A stretch of 64,000 bases of DNA. Source: Myxococcales bacterium (lineage in GTDB: Bacteria; Myxococcota_A; Polyangia; Palsa-1104; SHYY01). Location of the stretch: NCBI GenBank assembly GCA_009692555.1, contig SHYY01000001.1, positions 27,393 to 91,392 on the forward strand. The letters are read 5' to 3'. The position numbers and the translations under genes were made by a program. Under the pieces are notes generated by a model. That model was not told the origin of the DNA and did no database searches. It saw only the letters and a program-made list of their open reading frames with translations. Each line of letters starts with the position of its first letter. The first letter of the stretch is position 1. Below, in pieces: positions 16,595 to 25,917 of this stretch.

Positions 16595-18961
16595 GCCATG
16601 CGCCCCGGCACCGCACTCGCCCCGCTCTTCGCACCTCTGCTCTTGCTGGTCGCCGCCCCCGCGACCTCCGCGATGGTCCTCCCCGACGGCGGTGGTGCCC
16701 CGCTCGCGCTTCGCCGCGAGGTGGTGTCGGTCCAGGTCGACGACCAGATCGCGCGCACCACCATCGACCAGGTGTTCGAGAACCTCTCCGATCGCACCGT
16801 AGACGGCACCTACACCTTCCCGCTCCCCGACGGCGCGGCGGTCACCGGGTTCGCCACCTTCGTCGATGGCAAGCGCGTCGAGAGCCGGATGCGCGAGAAG
16901 CACGCCGCGACGGACAGCTACGCGGCCGCGCGTCGGGCCGGTCGCTCCGCCGCGCTGCTCGAGATCGGCGGACCGAACCGCTTCACCTCGCGCGTCGCCA
17001 ACGTCGCCCCCGGCGCCACAAGGCGCGTCGAGCTGCGCTACGACGAGGTGCTGCGCTACGACTCGGGCCGCGTCAGCTGGCTGCTGCCCCTGAGCCTCCC
17101 GGGCGGTGGCGCGGCCGAGGTCGGCGAGCTGATCGTCGAGGCGACCGTTCGCGACCAGAAGGAGATCGGCGCGCTGACCACGCCCACCCGCGGCGTCGCC
17201 ATCACCCGCGTCTCGCCCCACGAGGTGCGCCTCCGGTATCGCGCCTTGCGCCTCGCCCCGGTTGCCGATCTGCGCGTCGAGTACGAGGTGCGCTCGCGTG
17301 ACATCGGGGTGCACTTCGCCGCCCATCGCCCCGGCGGTCCCGGGCCCGGCGATGGCTACTTCCTGCTCTCCTTCGCACCCCAGGAGGAGACGGAAAAGGA
17401 CGACCGCGTGACGCGCGACGTGGTGTTCGTGTTCGACGTCTCCGGCTCGATGGCGGGGAAGAAGATCGAGCAGGCGCGGCGGGCGCTCCTGCTCTGCCTC
17501 GCCAACCTCCACGACGGCGATCGCTTCAACGTCATCGCCTTCGACGACCGCGTGCAGGCGTTCCGTCCCGAGGTGGTCCCGGTCACCGCCGAGACGCTCC
17601 AGGCGGCGCGCACCTTCGCCTCCGAGCTCTCCGATCGCGGCGGCACCGATATCGGCCAGGCGCTCGCCCGCGCGCTCGAGAGCTTCCCGAAGGGCGGCGC
17701 GAGGCCCCGCTCGATCCTCTTCCTCACCGACGGGCAGGCCACCTCGGGCCAGACCGACACGATGCAGATCGTGAACGACGTCATGTCGCGGAACGGCGGC
17801 GACGCGCGGATCTTCACCTTCGGGGTCGGCGCCGAGGTCAACCGCGAGCTGCTCGAGCGGCTGGCGACGATGAACCGCGGCGCTGCCTCGTACATCGCCG
17901 ACAGCGAGGGGATCGACGCGCGGGTGGGTGCCTTCTACGCGCGGGTCGCCGAGCCGCTGCTCGCGAACATCGCGATCGACTTCGGCGGGCGCGAGGTGAA
18001 GCTCGTCTACCCGCACACCCTGCCCGACCTCCACAAGGGGCTCGAGCTGGTGATCGCCGGGCGCTACGCCGGCGCCGGCCCCGCGAACGCCGAGGCGCAG
18101 GAGGTGGTGCTGCGCGGCGATCGCAACGGCGTCCGCAAGGAGTACCGCGCCCGGGTTCGCTTTCCCGTCAGCGACGAGAGGAACCCATTCGTGGCCCGCC
18201 TTTGGGCGCGCCGGCGCGTCGAGGCGCTGCTCGGCCAGGTGAGGCTCGAGGGCGAGACACCGGAGCGGCGCGCGGAGATCATCGCCCTCGCCGAGGAGTG
18301 GAACATCGCCACGCCCTACACCTCCTTCGTCGCTGACGCGCGCCAAGACCTGGCGTCGCTGACCCCGGATCGCGTGCAGCCGGGCGACCCCGAGATCGAT
18401 GTCCACGCGCCGGCGAACGCCCTTGGAGTGACGCTGATCTTCCCCTTCGGCCTCACCAAGGCAGCGGAGTGGGAGCCCCGGCGCGCAGCCTGGACCTGCC
18501 GCTTCCTCGTCCCGCGCGACACGCCCGACGGGGTCTACGCGGTGACGGTGGTGGTGACGCTCCCGCGCCGGCGCGTCGAAAAACTCAGCTTGACCTACGT
18601 GGTCGACACGACGGCCCCGGTGATGACCCTCCAGGTACGCGGCGCGCGGCGACCCGGTCACACCGTCGAGCTGGTGGCGCGGCAGGTGATCACCCTGGCC
18701 GAGCTGCGTACCGCGCGGGGAGTGGTGCGCCGCCGGGCCGATGTGCGCCCCGACGTGAAGCGCCTCCTGGCGGTCGCTCCCGACGGTCAGGTGGTGACCT
18801 TCACCGAGGATCGCACCGGTCTCTGGCACGCGCGCTACCGGATCCCCGCCACCACCGAAGGGCCGCTCGAGCTCAAGCTCCGGGTGGTCGACATCGCCGA
18901 CAACGCCCGCGAGCAGCTCGCGACGATCGACCCCGGCCCAGCCCGCCTCGGGAGCCTCTGA
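16595..18961 (+). CDS. Secreted VIT + VWA domain protein
   Basis: Signal peptide MRPGTALAPLFAPLLLLVAAPATSA. The VIT-like N-terminus contains VVSVQVDDQIARTTIDQVFEN. VWA MIDAS motif DVVFVFDVSGSM...TDG. AGGAGG sits 8 nt upstream of the ATG. Confidence 0.8.
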   Translation, partial: AMRPGTALAPLFAPLLLLVAAPATSAMVLPDGGGAPLALRREVVSVQVDDQIARTTIDQVFENLSDRTVDGTYTFPLPDGAAVTGFATFVDGKRVESRMREKHAATDSYAAARRAGRSAALLEIGGPNRFTSRVANVAPGATRRVELRYDEVLRYDSGRVSWLLPLSLPGGGAAEVGELIVEATVRDQKEIGALTTPTRGVAITRVSPHEVRLRYRALRLAPVADLRVEYEVRSRDIGVHFAAHRPGGPGPGDGYFLLSFAPQEETEKDDRVTRDVVFVFDVSGSMAGKKIEQARRALLLCLANLHDGDRFNVIAFDDRVQAFRPEVVPVTAETLQAARTFASELSDRGGTDIGQALARALESFPKGGARPRSILFLTDGQATSGQTDTMQIVNDVMSRNGGDARIFTFGVGAEVNRELLERLATMNRGAASYIADSEGIDARVGAFYARVAEPLLANIAIDFGGREVKLVYPHTLPDLHKGLELVIAGRYAGAGPANAEAQEVVLRGDRNGVRKEYRARVRFPVSDERNPFVARLWARRRVEALLGQVRLEGETPERRAEIIALAEEWNIATPYTSFVADARQDLASLTPDRVQPGDPEIDVHAPANALGVTLIFPFGLTKAAEWEPRRAAWTCRFLVPRDTPDGVYAVTVVVTLPRRRVEKLSLTYVVDTTAPVMTLQVRGARRPGHTVELVARQVITLAELRTARGVVRRRADVRPDVKRLLAVAPDGQVVTFTEDRTGLWHARYRIPATTEGPLELKLRVVDIADNAREQLATIDPGPARLGSL

Positions 18962-21057
18962 TGCGCCCCCTCGGCCCCTTCTCTGTCTCCATCTCCCGCT
19001 TGCTGGAGAGGGTCGGGGTGAGGGTACCGCCGCCCACCCCGCTCTGCTCCACCTCCGCCACGGCTTCCCGTTCCCGTCCCCGTTCCCGTTCCCGTCCCCG
19101 TTCCCGTTCCCGGACTCCGCACGCGCTCCTGGCCTTGCTCCTCCTCGCCGGCTGCTCGCGCCCGGGCCGGATCCCCCAGGGCGGCGAGTTCCTCGACGGT
19201 GGAGGCCCTGTCATCGAGCGCTCCATCACGCCCGTTGTCGAGCGCCGTCCCCGGGTGATCGAGGTGATCACCTCCGCGGGGGACGTGCGCGGCGCGGCGA
19301 AGATCGAGGGCGGGATCTGGCTCGCCACCTCGGGCGGCGTGGTGCGCGCGGCGGCCGATCTGGTCGAGGAGGCGCGCTTCACCACCCTCGACGGGCTGCC
19401 CTCGAACGACACCTGGGCGATCACCCTGCACGGCGATCGGGTCTTCGTCGCCACCGCGGACGGCGTGGCCCGCGCGCGTCTCGACGCGGGCCGCCTGGTC
19501 GACATCGAGCGCCTCGGCGAGCGCGAGGGCCTCCGCGGTCGCCGGATCCGGGATCTGGCGATCGTCGAAGGTGTCCTCCACGCGGGGGCCTTTGGCGGCG
19601 GCGTGGCGCGCTACTCCGGAGGGCGCTTCGAAGCGCTCGACCTCGGCCCGGCGGCCGACCGCGTCACCCGCCTGCGCAGCGACGGACCTCGCCTCTGGGT
19701 GGCGACCGCCGGGGGCGGTGTGGCGCGCGTCTTCGCAGGCGTGCCACGCTGGTTCTCCACCCGCGACGGCCTCGACAGCGACCTCGTTTGGGACGTCCTC
19801 ACCGACGGGGAAGGCGCCCTGGTCGCGACCACCGGAGGGCTCTCGGCGATCCGCGGCGAGAAGGTGGATCCGCTGCCGATCGAGGGAGACCTCCGCGCGC
19901 TCGGTCGCACCACGTCGGGGCTGCTCGCCGGCACCTTCGGAAATGGCCTCCTCACCGGCGACGACGGCCGCGGCGAACTTCCGGTCGGTCTCCTTCGCCT
20001 GCGGGCACTGATCGCGCTCGACGGCGAACTGCTCGCCTGCGCCGAGGATGGCGCGGCGCTGCTCGACCACGAGGGGCGGGTGATCGCCAGGTGGGCGGTG
20101 CGCGATCTCCCGTCGCCCGACGTGACCGCGCTCGCCGCCGGACGCGACGCCCTCTACGCCGGCACCTTCGATCGCGGCGTGGCCCGCATGCGGATCCGCC
20201 CGGACACCGGCGCGCGGGTGATCGACCGCATCACCGCCCCGGAGATCGACTCGCGGGTGAACGCCCTCGCGGTGCGCCTGCGCGGCGAGAGTGTCGGCGA
20301 TCGCCGACGTGCAGCAAGCTCGGAGAGCAACGTCGGCGATCGCCGACGTGCAGCAAGCTCGGAGAGCAACGAGGAGCTGTGGATCGGCACCGCCCGCGGG
20401 GTGGTCCGCTGGCAGGACGGCCGCGCCACCCGCTTCACGGTCGCCCAGGGGCTGCCCGACGATCACGTGAATGCGCTGCTCGCCGAGCCCGAGGCGGTGT
20501 GGGTCGCGACCACGCGCGGGCTGGCCCGGATCAGCGACGCAGGCGTCGAGCGGATCAGCCCCGAGAACGGCCTCCCGGTGACCCGCCTCTCGTCGCTGGC
20601 CCGCGGCAGCGACGGGGCGCTCTGGATCGGCGCGGCGCATGGGGTCGCCCGGCTCGCTGCCGACGGCCGCACCTGGACCCGCGCCCACGCCCACCTGGGC
20701 GACCTCCCCGACGACTTCGTCACCGCGGTGGCCAGCGACGGTGGAACGCTCTGGGTCGGCACGTTTTCGTCCGGGATCGCGCGCTTCGCGAGCGGTGCGT
20801 GGAGCATCTCCGGCGAGAGCGACGGGCTCCCCTGCGGCTGGATCAACCCGGGGGCGATCGCCTCCCACGGAGGCAGGATCTGGTTTGGCACCGTCGAGCG
20901 CGGGCTGCAGTCCACCTCCGGCGACGGGCGCTGGCGGGTGCTCGGCGTGGGCGACGGTCTGCCCTCGCCCGACGTGACCGCGCTCGCGGCCGACGACGGC
21001 GGGCTGTGGGTGGCCACCCGCGGCGGGATCGCGCGGGTGCCGCTGCCGCAACCGTAG
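18961..21057 (+). CDS. Two-component-regulator-propeller (Reg_prop)-like beta-propeller lipoprotein with an N-terminal Ser/Arg/Pro hexapeptide-repeat region
   Basis: Repeated LWVATAGGGVARV, LWIGTARGVVRW, VWVATTRGLARI, LWIGAAHGVARL, LWVGTFSSGIARF and LWVATRGGIARV. Lipobox LLLLAGCS. The start overlaps the upstream stop (TGATG). Confidence 0.7.
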   Translation: MRPLGPFSVSISRLLERVGVRVPPPTPLCSTSATASRSRPRSRSRPRSRSRTPHALLALLLLAGCSRPGRIPQGGEFLDGGGPVIERSITPVVERRPRVIEVITSAGDVRGAAKIEGGIWLATSGGVVRAAADLVEEARFTTLDGLPSNDTWAITLHGDRVFVATADGVARARLDAGRLVDIERLGEREGLRGRRIRDLAIVEGVLHAGAFGGGVARYSGGRFEALDLGPAADRVTRLRSDGPRLWVATAGGGVARVFAGVPRWFSTRDGLDSDLVWDVLTDGEGALVATTGGLSAIRGEKVDPLPIEGDLRALGRTTSGLLAGTFGNGLLTGDDGRGELPVGLLRLRALIALDGELLACAEDGAALLDHEGRVIARWAVRDLPSPDVTALAAGRDALYAGTFDRGVARMRIRPDTGARVIDRITAPEIDSRVNALAVRLRGESVGDRRRAASSESNVGDRRRAASSESNEELWIGTARGVVRWQDGRATRFTVAQGLPDDHVNALLAEPEAVWVATTRGLARISDAGVERISPENGLPVTRLSSLARGSDGALWIGAAHGVARLAADGRTWTRAHAHLGDLPDDFVTAVASDGGTLWVGTFSSGIARFASGAWSISGESDGLPCGWINPGAIASHGGRIWFGTVERGLQSTSGDGRWRVLGVGDGLPSPDVTALAADDGGLWVATRGGIARVPLPQP
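19076..19125. repeat. (GTTCCC)-based microsatellite, about 2.5 copies of GTTCCCGTTCCCGTCCCC, inside the 5' region of the Reg_prop gene
   Basis: Direct hexamer repeats translated as SRSRPRSRSRPRSRSR. The same hexamer recurs at 36241-36276. Confidence 0.8.
20292..20369. repeat. In-frame tandem duplication (2 x 39 bp) inside the Reg_prop CDS; the unit matches a module of the 170-bp intergenic repeat at 29125-29290
   Basis: GTCGGCGATCGCCGACGTGCAGCAAGCTCGGAGAGCAAC occurs twice and encodes VGDRRRAASSESN twice. A near-identical string, GTCGGCAATCGCCGACGTGCAGCAAGCTCGGAAAGCAAC, occurs in the intergenic repeat at about 29225. Confidence 0.85.
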
Positions 21058-21090
21058 CCTTGTCCCGCCCCTTTCGGCTACCCTGCACCG

Positions 21091-21906
21091 ATGGTTCGCC
21101 TCCTCCTCCCGTCGCTGCTCGCGCTCGCGCTCGGTTGCTCCCAGGGCGCTCCCCCGATCGAGGATGCGGGGCCCGACGCCGCCGTGGCGACCGATCTCGC
21201 GGCTCCGGTGGACCTGCCTGCGATCGATCTCGTCGCGCCCGCCGACGCCGCGGTCGACCCCTTCCTCGGCACGCTCTCCGGCGCCTGCGGGGCGGTCAAG
21301 GCACTGCTGCACGATCCCGCCCCGTCGCTGGTGGAGAACGCGGTGGTCTTCCTGCCGGCCGAGATGTACGTGCGCGCCGCGCTCTCCCCGGGTGGGCAGA
21401 GGATCTTCGACACGCCCAACGCCGGCGGCAGCTCCACCGAGTCGGAGGTGATGAGCTTCGAGGTCCTCGCCAGCTGCGACGGCGCGACGCTGCAAAAGAC
21501 CGAGACCGAGATCCTCTACGCGCCCCCCGACGACGGCGGCGCGAACTCGATCACCGACCTCCTCGTTTCCATCGGTGGCGAGCGGGTCGGGGTGAGCGTC
21601 ACCCGCGCCTACAAGCCGTCGGGCCAGGGGCCGCTCAGCGACGGTGAAGTGCGCGCCCTCCTGGAGAAGAAGCTGGCGGGCGTCAACCGCAGCTCGATGC
21701 GCGTCCTGGCGGGCGACCGGTGGGTGAAGCAGATCCTCCACGTCTTCGTCGCCGACCCCCAGGCGGTCAAGGCGCTCGAGCGGGTAGTGCCGCTGATCGA
21801 CGCCAAGCTCCGCGCCGACACCATCGTCCTCGCCACGGCAACCCGCGGCGGCGGCTTCATCTACTGCAACCCCGACCCGCCGCTGGGCAGCGAGTGCCCG
21901 CCGTGA
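21091..21906 (+). CDS. Lipoprotein of unknown function
   Basis: MVRLLLPSLLALALGCSQG lipobox. Clean coding frame. Confidence 0.65.
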   Translation: MVRLLLPSLLALALGCSQGAPPIEDAGPDAAVATDLAAPVDLPAIDLVAPADAAVDPFLGTLSGACGAVKALLHDPAPSLVENAVVFLPAEMYVRAALSPGGQRIFDTPNAGGSSTESEVMSFEVLASCDGATLQKTETEILYAPPDDGGANSITDLLVSIGGERVGVSVTRAYKPSGQGPLSDGEVRALLEKKLAGVNRSSMRVLAGDRWVKQILHVFVADPQAVKALERVVPLIDAKLRADTIVLATATRGGGFIYCNPDPPLGSECPP

Positions 21907-21924
21907 CCACCGAGGCTTCGCGAG

Positions 21925-22968
21925 CTACTGGGTGAGCACGACGTGCGTCGAGGGGAGACCGAACAACCCGCCCCCGACCACCTCGTTGCTGACGTGATCG
22001 CAAACGATGGAGGCGGAGACCGACTTCGGCGGTCCCTGCGTCGCCGAGAGGATCCTTATCTTCACGTAGCCGGCGATCCTGAAATCGCGATTGAGCGACA
22101 CCGAGCCGCAGTCGGCGAAGGCCACGCCGGGGGTGGCGATGACGGGCAGCGTCACGAACAGGCCATCGGCTCCCGCGGCGATCACCGCCTCGTTGATCGC
22201 GTCCACGGAGCCCTTCGAGAAGTTGTTCCCGTTCGAGACGCGGATCGGTCCGCCGTCGATCCGGCTGTTCGCCGGGCAGCCGTCCACCAGCGACTGGGCG
22301 ATCGCCGCGTCGATCGTCGGTGTCGTCGGATTGCTGGTGTTGAGCAGCGTGAAGCCGACATTGTCCGTCGTCGCGTTGCCGAAGGTCAAAAGCGCGTTGC
22401 AGCGCAGGTGATCGCCCGCGTCGATCAGGCTGCAGGCCGGGATGGCGAACGGGAAGGCGCACGCGGAGCCGGGGCTGCCCCCGACCGCGATCGACCGGAC
22501 GGTGAGGCCCTTGTCCCCGGCGCCGAAGACCCCCGCGAAGAAGGGCGCAACCGCTCCGCCGTCGCCGGCGGTGCGGTGGGCGGTCACCCGGACGGCCTGG
22601 ATATCATGGACCGAGGTGCCGACCGTGGCGGGCGCGAAGAGCCGCTTGCCGAAGTCCCAGGTCCCCAGCTCCACATCGGCGGGTCGGACCTGGAGCTTGC
22701 TTCCGTTGGCGCGGTGCTGGCCCGCGTAGATCACCGCGTTGGCCCGGGCGATCGGGAGCTGGAGCACGGTTCCGTTCAGGTCGCGTACGCCCGCCAGCGC
22801 TGCCGCATCGGCGCCGGTCTGGAGCTTGCTCTGGACCTGCTGGTAGTGCCCGAGGTCGACCACCAGCGCCACGACGGCGATCAGGAACGGCAGGGCGAGC
22901 GCGAAGGTGATGCTCGCGTTGCCGCCCTGCCTGTGTGCGGAAACGCGTCCTGTCTTTTCCATGTCCAT
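21925..22968 (-). CDS. TadE/TadG-like Flp-pilus-assembly (pseudopilin-like) protein
   Basis: N-terminus MDMEKTGRVSAHRQGGNASITFALALPFLIAVVALVVDLGHYQQVQSKLQTGADAAALAG is the TadE/TadG-type N-terminal TM segment. About 340 aa with a C-terminal VWA-like region. Confidence 0.65.
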   Translation of the reverse strand: MDMEKTGRVSAHRQGGNASITFALALPFLIAVVALVVDLGHYQQVQSKLQTGADAAALAGVRDLNGTVLQLPIARANAVIYAGQHRANGSKLQVRPADVELGTWDFGKRLFAPATVGTSVHDIQAVRVTAHRTAGDGGAVAPFFAGVFGAGDKGLTVRSIAVGGSPGSACAFPFAIPACSLIDAGDHLRCNALLTFGNATTDNVGFTLLNTSNPTTPTIDAAIAQSLVDGCPANSRIDGGPIRVSNGNNFSKGSVDAINEAVIAAGADGLFVTLPVIATPGVAFADCGSVSLNRDFRIAGYVKIRILSATQGPPKSVSASIVCDHVSNEVVGGGLFGLPSTHVVLTQ

Positions 22969-23098
22969 GCTCCTGTCGATGGCTCCCGCCACCTGCAACT
23001 CTGCGCTCGCTCCGGCCCTGCCGCAAGGGCTCCGCGGCGCGGCCAAGCAACGCGGCTTCAACCCGGGCGCTGTGCGTGGTAACCTCTCCGCCGCCGCC

Positions 23099-25408
23099 AT
23101 GCCGACAATCACCTACTACGACTCCGACGGCGTCGACAAGTCGTTCGAGCTTGGCACCGACGAGGTGCGCATCGGACGCGCCTTCGAGTGCCAGATCCGC
23201 ACCGATGACGCCCGCGTCTCGCGCCGCCACGCGCGCATCCTCTTCGACGGGGCGTTCTGGGTCGAGGATCTCGGCAGCTCGAACGGGGTCTACGTCGGGA
23301 CCGAGAAGGTGCAGCGCGCGCAGCTCAAGGCGGGCGACGTCGTCACCTGCGGAAGTCTGGTCATCAAGCTGCCGCCGGACGCGCAGATGGAGCCCCCGTC
23401 GCTGATCGCGGACGATCTGCTCGAGGAGCCCGGGACCGATCCAGGGGTCGTCCTGCCGGTCGAGGAGGAGGCGCCGCTCTCGGCCGCGACCGTGGTGCCG
23501 CCCCTCGACGACGACGGGGTCGGCAGCGACGGCGGGAGGCTGGATCTGTTCTCGGCGGCCGCGGAGGCGCGGACCGCGGAGCTCGAGGCGGAGGCGGCGC
23601 AGTTGCGCGCGCGCGTGGAGGACCTTGGCGGCGAGCTCCGGCACGCCCAGGCCGAGGCGGAGCGCGCCACCACCGCCTGCGCTTCGGCCGGCGCACAGCA
23701 GGAGCGCCTCCAGCAGCGGGTCACCGATCTCGAAGCCGAGCTCGAGACCCTCCGCGCCGCTTCTGCGGCCGCCGCCGACGATCCCGAGAAGCTCCATCTC
23801 CGCGAGGAGGTGCGGCAGCTCGACAGCGAGCTCGACCGGATGAGCGATGTCGCCGCGGCCGCGGCCGACGAGGCGAGCGCGCGGCTGGCCGCGACGTTGC
23901 TGGAGAAGACGGCGGCCGAGGAGCGGGCCGCGCAGCTTGAGACCGAGCTCGATCGGGTGCGCGGCGAGACCGCCCGGAGCGGCGACGAGAGCCGCGGGCG
24001 TGTGGGATCCCTGGAGGCGGAGCGCGGAGCGCTGCGCAAGCAGATCGCCCAGCTCAGCAGCGATCTCGATCGGGTGCGCGACGACGCCAGCCACACCGCC
24101 GAGGACACCCGCGGTCGGCTGGCGGCGATGGACACCGAGCGCGCCGGGCTCCTCACCAACATGCAACGCCTCGAGGCGAGCCAGGGGCGCGTCTCCGCGA
24201 TGGAGAGCGAGAACGACGGGCTCCGCGAGCGGGTCGGCCAGCTCCAGATGGAGGTCGGCGTGCTGCGTGCGGGCGCCTCCCAGAGCAGCGACGATGGCCG
24301 GCTCCGCATCGAGCTCCTCGATCGGGAGAACGGAGCCCTCGAGAAGCAGGTGGCGGACCTGCGCGCCGAGGGGGAGCGCCTGCACGGTGCGGCGGGCGCG
24401 AGCGAGCAGCACGCCGCGCGGCTCGCCACCGCCTTGCAGGAGCGCGACGGCTTCCGTACGCGGGTGGCAGAGCTGGCCGCGGAGGCGGAGCAGCTGCGGG
24501 CCGAGGCGGCGAGCGTTTCGCAGGAGAAGGGCTCGATCGAGGCGACGCTGCGCGAGCAGGCGGGTCAGGTTGGCGCCGCCGCGGAGGCGGACGCCGCGCG
24601 GCGGGTCGCCGCAGAATCGGAGCGCGACGCGCTGCGCGATCGGGTGGCCGAGCTCGGCTCCGACGTGGAGCGGCTGCAGGGCGAGGCGGCCCGTGCCGTC
24701 GAGGAGGAGGGGGCGCGGCGGTTGGCGGCCGTGCAGGAGCGGGCGGAGCTCGCGCGCCGTGTGGAGGAGCTCGCCGCGGAGGCTTCGCGCCTGCGTGGCG
24801 ACGCGGCGCGCGCTGCCGACGACGGAAACGCAGCGATGGAGGCGGCGCGCGCGCGGCTGGCGGGGGAGGTCGCGCGCCTTTCGGCCGAGCTCGAGCCGAT
24901 GCGCGCCGCGGCGCGGGCGGGCGAGGAGAGCCAGGTGCGCCTCGCCGCGATCGAGAACGACGACGAGGCCCTGCGCGGCGAGGTGGCGCGGCTCTCCGAG
25001 GAGCTGGCGCTGATCCGCGCCGACGCGGCCGAGAAGGGCCCGCCAGCGACGGTGGAAGATCCCCGCGTGCCCGCCCTGGAGGCCGAAAGAGCATCGCTCC
25101 GGGAGCGTGCCATGGAGCAGGCTTCGGAGCTCGATCGCCTGCGCGGCGAGCTTCGGCAGCGCGACGCCGCCCCGCAAGCAGCGACGGGCGCGCCCGATCC
25201 GGCCCTGGTGGAGACCGCGGCCCAGCTCGGCGACGCGCTGGCCGAGCTGCGCTCCAGCCTCCGCTCCGCCAACGATGAGGCGGCGGTGCTCTCCGAGCCG
25301 GCCTCGTCGGCCCAGGTGGTCGCCGACGCGCTCAGCCAGGCCACCGAGCAGCTCGAGACGGCGCGCTCCCACGCCCGCGCACTCGCCAGACTCCTCGGCG
25401 CCGACTAG
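23099..25408 (+). CDS. FHA-domain protein with a long Ala/Glu/Arg-rich coiled-coil region
   Basis: FHA core IGRAFECQIRTDDARVSRRHARILFDGAFWVEDLGSSNGVYVG. About 550 residues of ELEAEAAQLRA-type heptad-like repeats follow. Confidence 0.75.
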   Translation: MPTITYYDSDGVDKSFELGTDEVRIGRAFECQIRTDDARVSRRHARILFDGAFWVEDLGSSNGVYVGTEKVQRAQLKAGDVVTCGSLVIKLPPDAQMEPPSLIADDLLEEPGTDPGVVLPVEEEAPLSAATVVPPLDDDGVGSDGGRLDLFSAAAEARTAELEAEAAQLRARVEDLGGELRHAQAEAERATTACASAGAQQERLQQRVTDLEAELETLRAASAAAADDPEKLHLREEVRQLDSELDRMSDVAAAAADEASARLAATLLEKTAAEERAAQLETELDRVRGETARSGDESRGRVGSLEAERGALRKQIAQLSSDLDRVRDDASHTAEDTRGRLAAMDTERAGLLTNMQRLEASQGRVSAMESENDGLRERVGQLQMEVGVLRAGASQSSDDGRLRIELLDRENGALEKQVADLRAEGERLHGAAGASEQHAARLATALQERDGFRTRVAELAAEAEQLRAEAASVSQEKGSIEATLREQAGQVGAAAEADAARRVAAESERDALRDRVAELGSDVERLQGEAARAVEEEGARRLAAVQERAELARRVEELAAEASRLRGDAARAADDGNAAMEAARARLAGEVARLSAELEPMRAAARAGEESQVRLAAIENDDEALRGEVARLSEELALIRADAAEKGPPATVEDPRVPALEAERASLRERAMEQASELDRLRGELRQRDAAPQAATGAPDPALVETAAQLGDALAELRSSLRSANDEAAVLSEPASSAQVVADALSQATEQLETARSHARALARLLGAD

Positions 25409-25425
25409 CCCGCGGACGCTCCGTC

Positions 25426-25917
25426 CTACCCGTCGCTCTCGAGCTCCGTCGCCAGCACCTGCAGCACCGCCTGCGCGATCAAGATCTTCTCCGCCGGCAC
25501 CCTCGCGAGCGCGCGCCGCACCGCCGCCTCGACGGTGCCCGCCCGCTGCGCGTCGAGCTCGCGACCCCGCGCCGTGAGATCGAAGACCGCCCGCCGTCCG
25601 TCGGTGGAGTCGTGCTTGCGCTCGAGCACCCCGCGCTCCTCCAGCCGCCGCAGCACGCCGGTGAGCGTGCTCTTGTGGACGTGCAGGATGTCGGCGAGCC
25701 GCCCCGCCGAGATGCCGGGGAACTTTCCCACGATCCGGATCACCAGCCGCTGCGGCCCGGTCACTCCCAGCGCCGCGCTCATCCGCTTGGAGGTCGAATG
25801 CAGGCCGTGGTCGACGGCCCACACCACGCGCATGAAGCCGAGGATCTCCCCCAGCTGGAGGAGGTCGTCCTCGACGGTCGCGCCCTTTTGCCTCTCCGTG
25901 GTGGCCGAATCTTTCAT
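25426..25917 (-). CDS. MarR-family transcriptional regulator
   Basis: Winged-helix region GPQRLVIRIVGKFPGISAGRLADILHVHKSTLTGVLRRLEERGVLER. Length 164 aa. Divergent from the Cys-rich lipoprotein gene. Confidence 0.8.
   Translation of the reverse strand: MKDSATTERQKGATVEDDLLQLGEILGFMRVVWAVDHGLHSTSKRMSAALGVTGPQRLVIRIVGKFPGISAGRLADILHVHKSTLTGVLRRLEERGVLERKHDSTDGRRAVFDLTARGRELDAQRAGTVEAAVRRALARVPAEKILIAQAVLQVLATELESDG

Noticed and set aside
13610-18829. 1739-aa minus-strand ORF, with similar giant antisense or alternate-frame ORFs at 414-2516, 18835-21741, 22604-25960, 29847-33239, 33713-36541, 42733-45033, 46253-49249 and 58892-61234
   Set aside because: Their translations are Arg/Ala/Gly/Pro-rich with no motifs. 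They lie antisense to, or out of frame with, well-supported genes. Long stop-free frames of this kind are the expected artefact of 72-75% GC DNA.
19076-19125. Hexamer direct repeats considered as a possible CRISPR array, also at 4671-4700, 36241-36276 and 42643-42666
   Set aside because: The units are 6 bp with no spacers. They are microsatellites, not 25-40-bp repeats with unique spacers. No cas genes are present.
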